NCBI RefSeq assembly: GCF_964194155.1
Contig: NC_135886.1
Span: 2,604,001-2,668,000, forward strand
Direction of reading: 5' to 3'
Source of the DNA: Cetorhinus maximus
Lineage: Eukaryota
DNA length: 64,000 nt
Made by a program: the position numbers and the translations under genes
Notes under the pieces: model-generated
The model's input: the letters and a program-made list of their open reading frames with translations, nothing else
Databases searched by the model: none
What the model was told of the DNA's origin: nothing
Shown here: positions 60,660-64,000 of the stretch, one piece after another
How positions within the stretch are numbered: the stretch's first letter is position 1
Layout: each line of letters starts with the position of its first letter

Positions 60660-61370
60660 GGTTATGAGGGAGATTGGGATATGTTAGTATTCAGAAGATC
60701 CTGGTTGTCCTTGTACACAAATCACAGGAAGTTAACATGCTGGTAAAGAAAGCAATTAGGAAAACAAATGCTATGTTAGCCTTTATTACAGAAGATTTGG
60801 AGTTTAAGAATGAAGAAGCCTTACAGCAAATGTATGAGACCTTGGTGAGACCATAACCTCGAGTACTGTGTACAGCTTTGATCTCCTTACCTAAGGAAGG
60901 ATTTATTAGATACAACTGATTCTGGGGATGAGGGGATTGTATTGCAAAGAGAGGTTGAGTAGACTGCAACAGTGGTCACTCAAATTTAGAATTATTGGAG
61001 GTGATCTCATTGAAACACAGAATCTTAAGGGGTTTGATAAAAATAGATGCTGGGAGGTTGTTTCACCTGCGTGGGGAGTCTAGAACTTGGAGCCACAGCC
61101 TCAGGCTAAGGAATCAGCATTTAGCACTAAGTTGAGGAGAAATTTCTTCACTCTTGAGGCTGTGGTCTTTGGAAATCCCTATCCCAGAGAGATGTGGGTG
61201 CTAAGTTGTTGAATGTGTTCACAACAGAGATTGAAAGATTTTTGGATACCAAGGGTTATGGGCATAATGTGCGAAAGTGGAATTGAGGTTGAGGATGGAT
61301 CAGCCATGATTGTATTGAATGACAGAGTAGGCTTGAAGGACTGAAAATGTATTTCTATTTTATATATTAT
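60660..61370 (+). mobile_element. Decayed CR1 3' fragment
   Basis: KAIRKTNAMLAFI..YETLVRP remnant and CR1 tail. Confidence 0.75.
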
Positions 61371-61756
61371 GCTCTTAATTCCTTGGGTGCTGGTTGCCTT
61401 GAATATTTCATTAAGTTGTTATTATATATGAGTTTCAGAATGAGCATTAGCAAACTATTTGATTATATAGGCCACTGTAACCGAATCTGATCTGAACTTC
61501 CTTCACAGCCCCAGTGCAATTTCCATAACATGTTACTGAGTAGTGGAAAGCATGGGAAGCTTAGGTGATTTTTATTTATATTTTTTGCCTTCCCTAGTTC
61601 AGGAGTGTTGAGGCCAATTTTAGCACCCCAATTGCTGGGATCAGCTAATTGAGCATAGATTGGGGATGAAACCTGGGACTTTCTGGTCTTCATGGCCATC
61701 ACGCCACCTGATGCGTTCACACCAAGCTCTTAGGAGAGGTAGAAGGATAGTATTTG

Positions 61757-63800
61757 TTTTATTCATTCACAGGATGTGGGCTTCGCTGGCTGGGATACCA
61801 CTTATTGCCCATCCCTAGTTGCCCTTGAGAAGGTAGTGGAGAGCTGCCTTCTTGAACCGCTGCAGTCCATGTGGTGTAGGTACATCCAGAGTGCTGGTAG
61901 GAAGGGAGTTCCAGGATTTTGACCCAGTGACAGTGAAGGAATGGCGATATATTTCCAAGTCAGGATGGTGAGTGACTTGGAAGGGAGCTTGCAGGTGGTG
62001 GTGAGTGACTTGGAAGGGAGCTTGCAGGTTGTGGTATCCCCATCTATCTGCTGCCCTTGTCCTTCTCGATGGTTGTGGTCGTGGGTTTGGAAGGTGCTGT
62101 TGGAGGAGCCTTGGTGAATCCCTGCAGTGCATCTTGTAGATGGTACACTCTGCTGCCACTGTGTGTGGATGAAGTGAATGTTTGTAGATGTGGTGCCAAT
62201 CAAGTGGGCTGCTTTGTCCTGGATGGTGTCAAGCTTGTTGAGTGTTGTGGGAGCTGCAATCATCCAAGCAAGTGGAGAGTATTCCATTAAGCTCCTGACC
62301 TTTCCCTTGTAGGTTGTGGACAGGCTTTGGAGAGTCAGAAGGTGAGTTACTCGTCGCACGAGTCCTAGCCTCTGACCTGCTCTTGTAGCTACAGTATTTA
62401 TATGGCTAGTCCAGTTCAGTTTCTGGTCAATGGTATCCCCCAGGGTGTTGATAGTGGGGGATTCAGTGATGGTAATGCCCTTGAACTTCAAGGAGCAATG
62501 GTTGGATTCTCCCTTGTTGGAGACAGTCATTGCCTGACACTTGTGTGGTGCGAATGTTACTTGCCACTTGCCAGTCCAAGCCTAGATGTTGTCCAGGTCT
62601 TGCTGCATTTGGACATGGGCTGCTTCAGTATCTGAGGAGTCGTGAATGATGCTGAACATTGTGCAATCATCAGCAAACATCCCCACTTCTGACCTTATGA
62701 TGGAAGGAAGGGCATTGAAGAAGCAGCTGAAGATGGTTGGTCTAGGACACTACCCTGAGGAACTCCTGCAGTGATGTCCTGGAGCTGAGATGACTGACCT
62801 CCAACAACCACAACCATCTTCCTTTGTACTAGGTATGGCTCCAACCAGCAGAGAGTTTTCCCCTTGATTCCCATTGACTCCAGTTTTGCTAGGGCTCCTT
62901 GATGCCACACTTAGTCAAACGCAGCCTTGATATCAAGGGCAGTCATTCTCACCTCACTTCTCAAGTTCAGCTCTTTTATCCTTATTTGAACCAAGGCTGT
63001 AATGAGGTCAGGAGCTGAGTGGCCCTGGCAGAACCCAAACTGGGCATCAGTGAGCAGGTTATTGCTAAGCAAGTGCCGCTTGATAGCACTGTTGATGACC
63101 CCTTCCATTACTTAACTGATGATGGAGAGTAGACTGATGGGGCGGTAATTGGCCAGGTTGGATTTGTCCTGCTTTGTGTGTGCAGGACATACCTGGGCAA
63201 TTTTTCACATAGCTGGGTAGATGCCAGTGTTGTAGATATAATGGAACAGCTTGGCTAGGGGTGCGGCAAGTCCTGGAGCACACGTCTTCAATCCTATTGC
63301 CGGAATATTCAGTGTCTTCAGGCGTTTCTTGATATCACATAGTGTGAATCGAATTGGCTGAAGTCTGGGGCACCTGTGGTGCTGGGGATGCTGCCGATTG
63401 CAGCAAATGATTTTGCACTGATGTGCTGGGGATATTTGTCGAGCCTCTTCCAGTGAGTTAATTGTCCACCACCATTCACGACTGGATGTGGCAGGATTGC
63501 AGAGCTTAGATCTGATCCGTTGGTTGTGGGATCGCTTAGCTCTGTCTATCACTGTCTATCATACTGCTTATGCTGTACTCAAGTAGTCCTGTGTTATAGC
63601 TTCACCAGGTTGACATCTCATTTTTTTTGGTATGCCTGCTCCTGGCATGCCCTCCTGAACCAGGGTTGATCACTGGCTTGATGGTAATGGTAGAGTGGAG
63701 GATATGCCATGAGATTGTGTTCGAGTACAGTTCCGCTTCATGGTCTTGAGTTGCTAGATCACAACACGATGGAGGGTGTCCTCAATGTGAAGGCGGGACT
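61757..63800 (-). mobile_element. Decayed LINE of the CR1/L2 group, RT region and 3' end
   Basis: LLTDAQFGFCQGHS, ALDIKAAFD, GVPQGSVL, LNWTSHINTV..VRSLMEYSPLAW; tail ..tgtgaatgaataaa. Exact clade not determined. Confidence 0.85.
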
Positions 63801-64000
63801 GCGGCAAGCGTTTTATGTATGTTTTTCCTCTCTACCTGCCACAGACCCAGTCTAGCCAGTTTGTCATTTAGTTGAAGTTGCTGCAAGGATGCAGCATCCC
63901 CAGCAACACAGGTGCCCCAGTCTTCAGCCAATTCAATTCACGCCATGTGATATCAAGAAACGCCTGAAGACACTGAATATTCCGGCAATAGTACTGAAGA

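Noticed and set aside
61967-62030. 33-bp tandem duplication (TCKLPSKSLT x2)
   Set aside because: Simple slippage within a dead LINE copy.

Overview
Vertebrate genomic DNA, most likely a cartilaginous fish (inferred from the repeat content), with one 200-N gap at 6216-6415. Host genes: BYSL first coding exon (- strand), three coding exons of MED20 (+ strand; its tiny first coding exon was not found), and a CpG-island promoter with a first exon at ~41.6 kb (USP49 by synteny only). Most of the rest is decayed retroelements (CR1, RTE, L2-like, tRNA-SINEs, Penelope-type remnants) plus a Harbinger transposase fossil and a TA-flanked MITE. The standout is an intact 5.3-kb Tx1-clade non-LTR retrotransposon (28729-34037; ORF1 520 aa, ORF2 1135 aa, poly(A), perfect 13-bp target-site duplication). 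Its 97-nt 5' leader starts exactly at nucleotide +1 of U2 snRNA and holds two U2 fragments (nt 1-45 and nt 7-34). The U2 sequence lies inside the duplication and neither flank is a U2 gene, so a U2-headed RNA was retrotransposed to a non-U2 site. All family assignments are by eye from remembered motifs; no searches were run.
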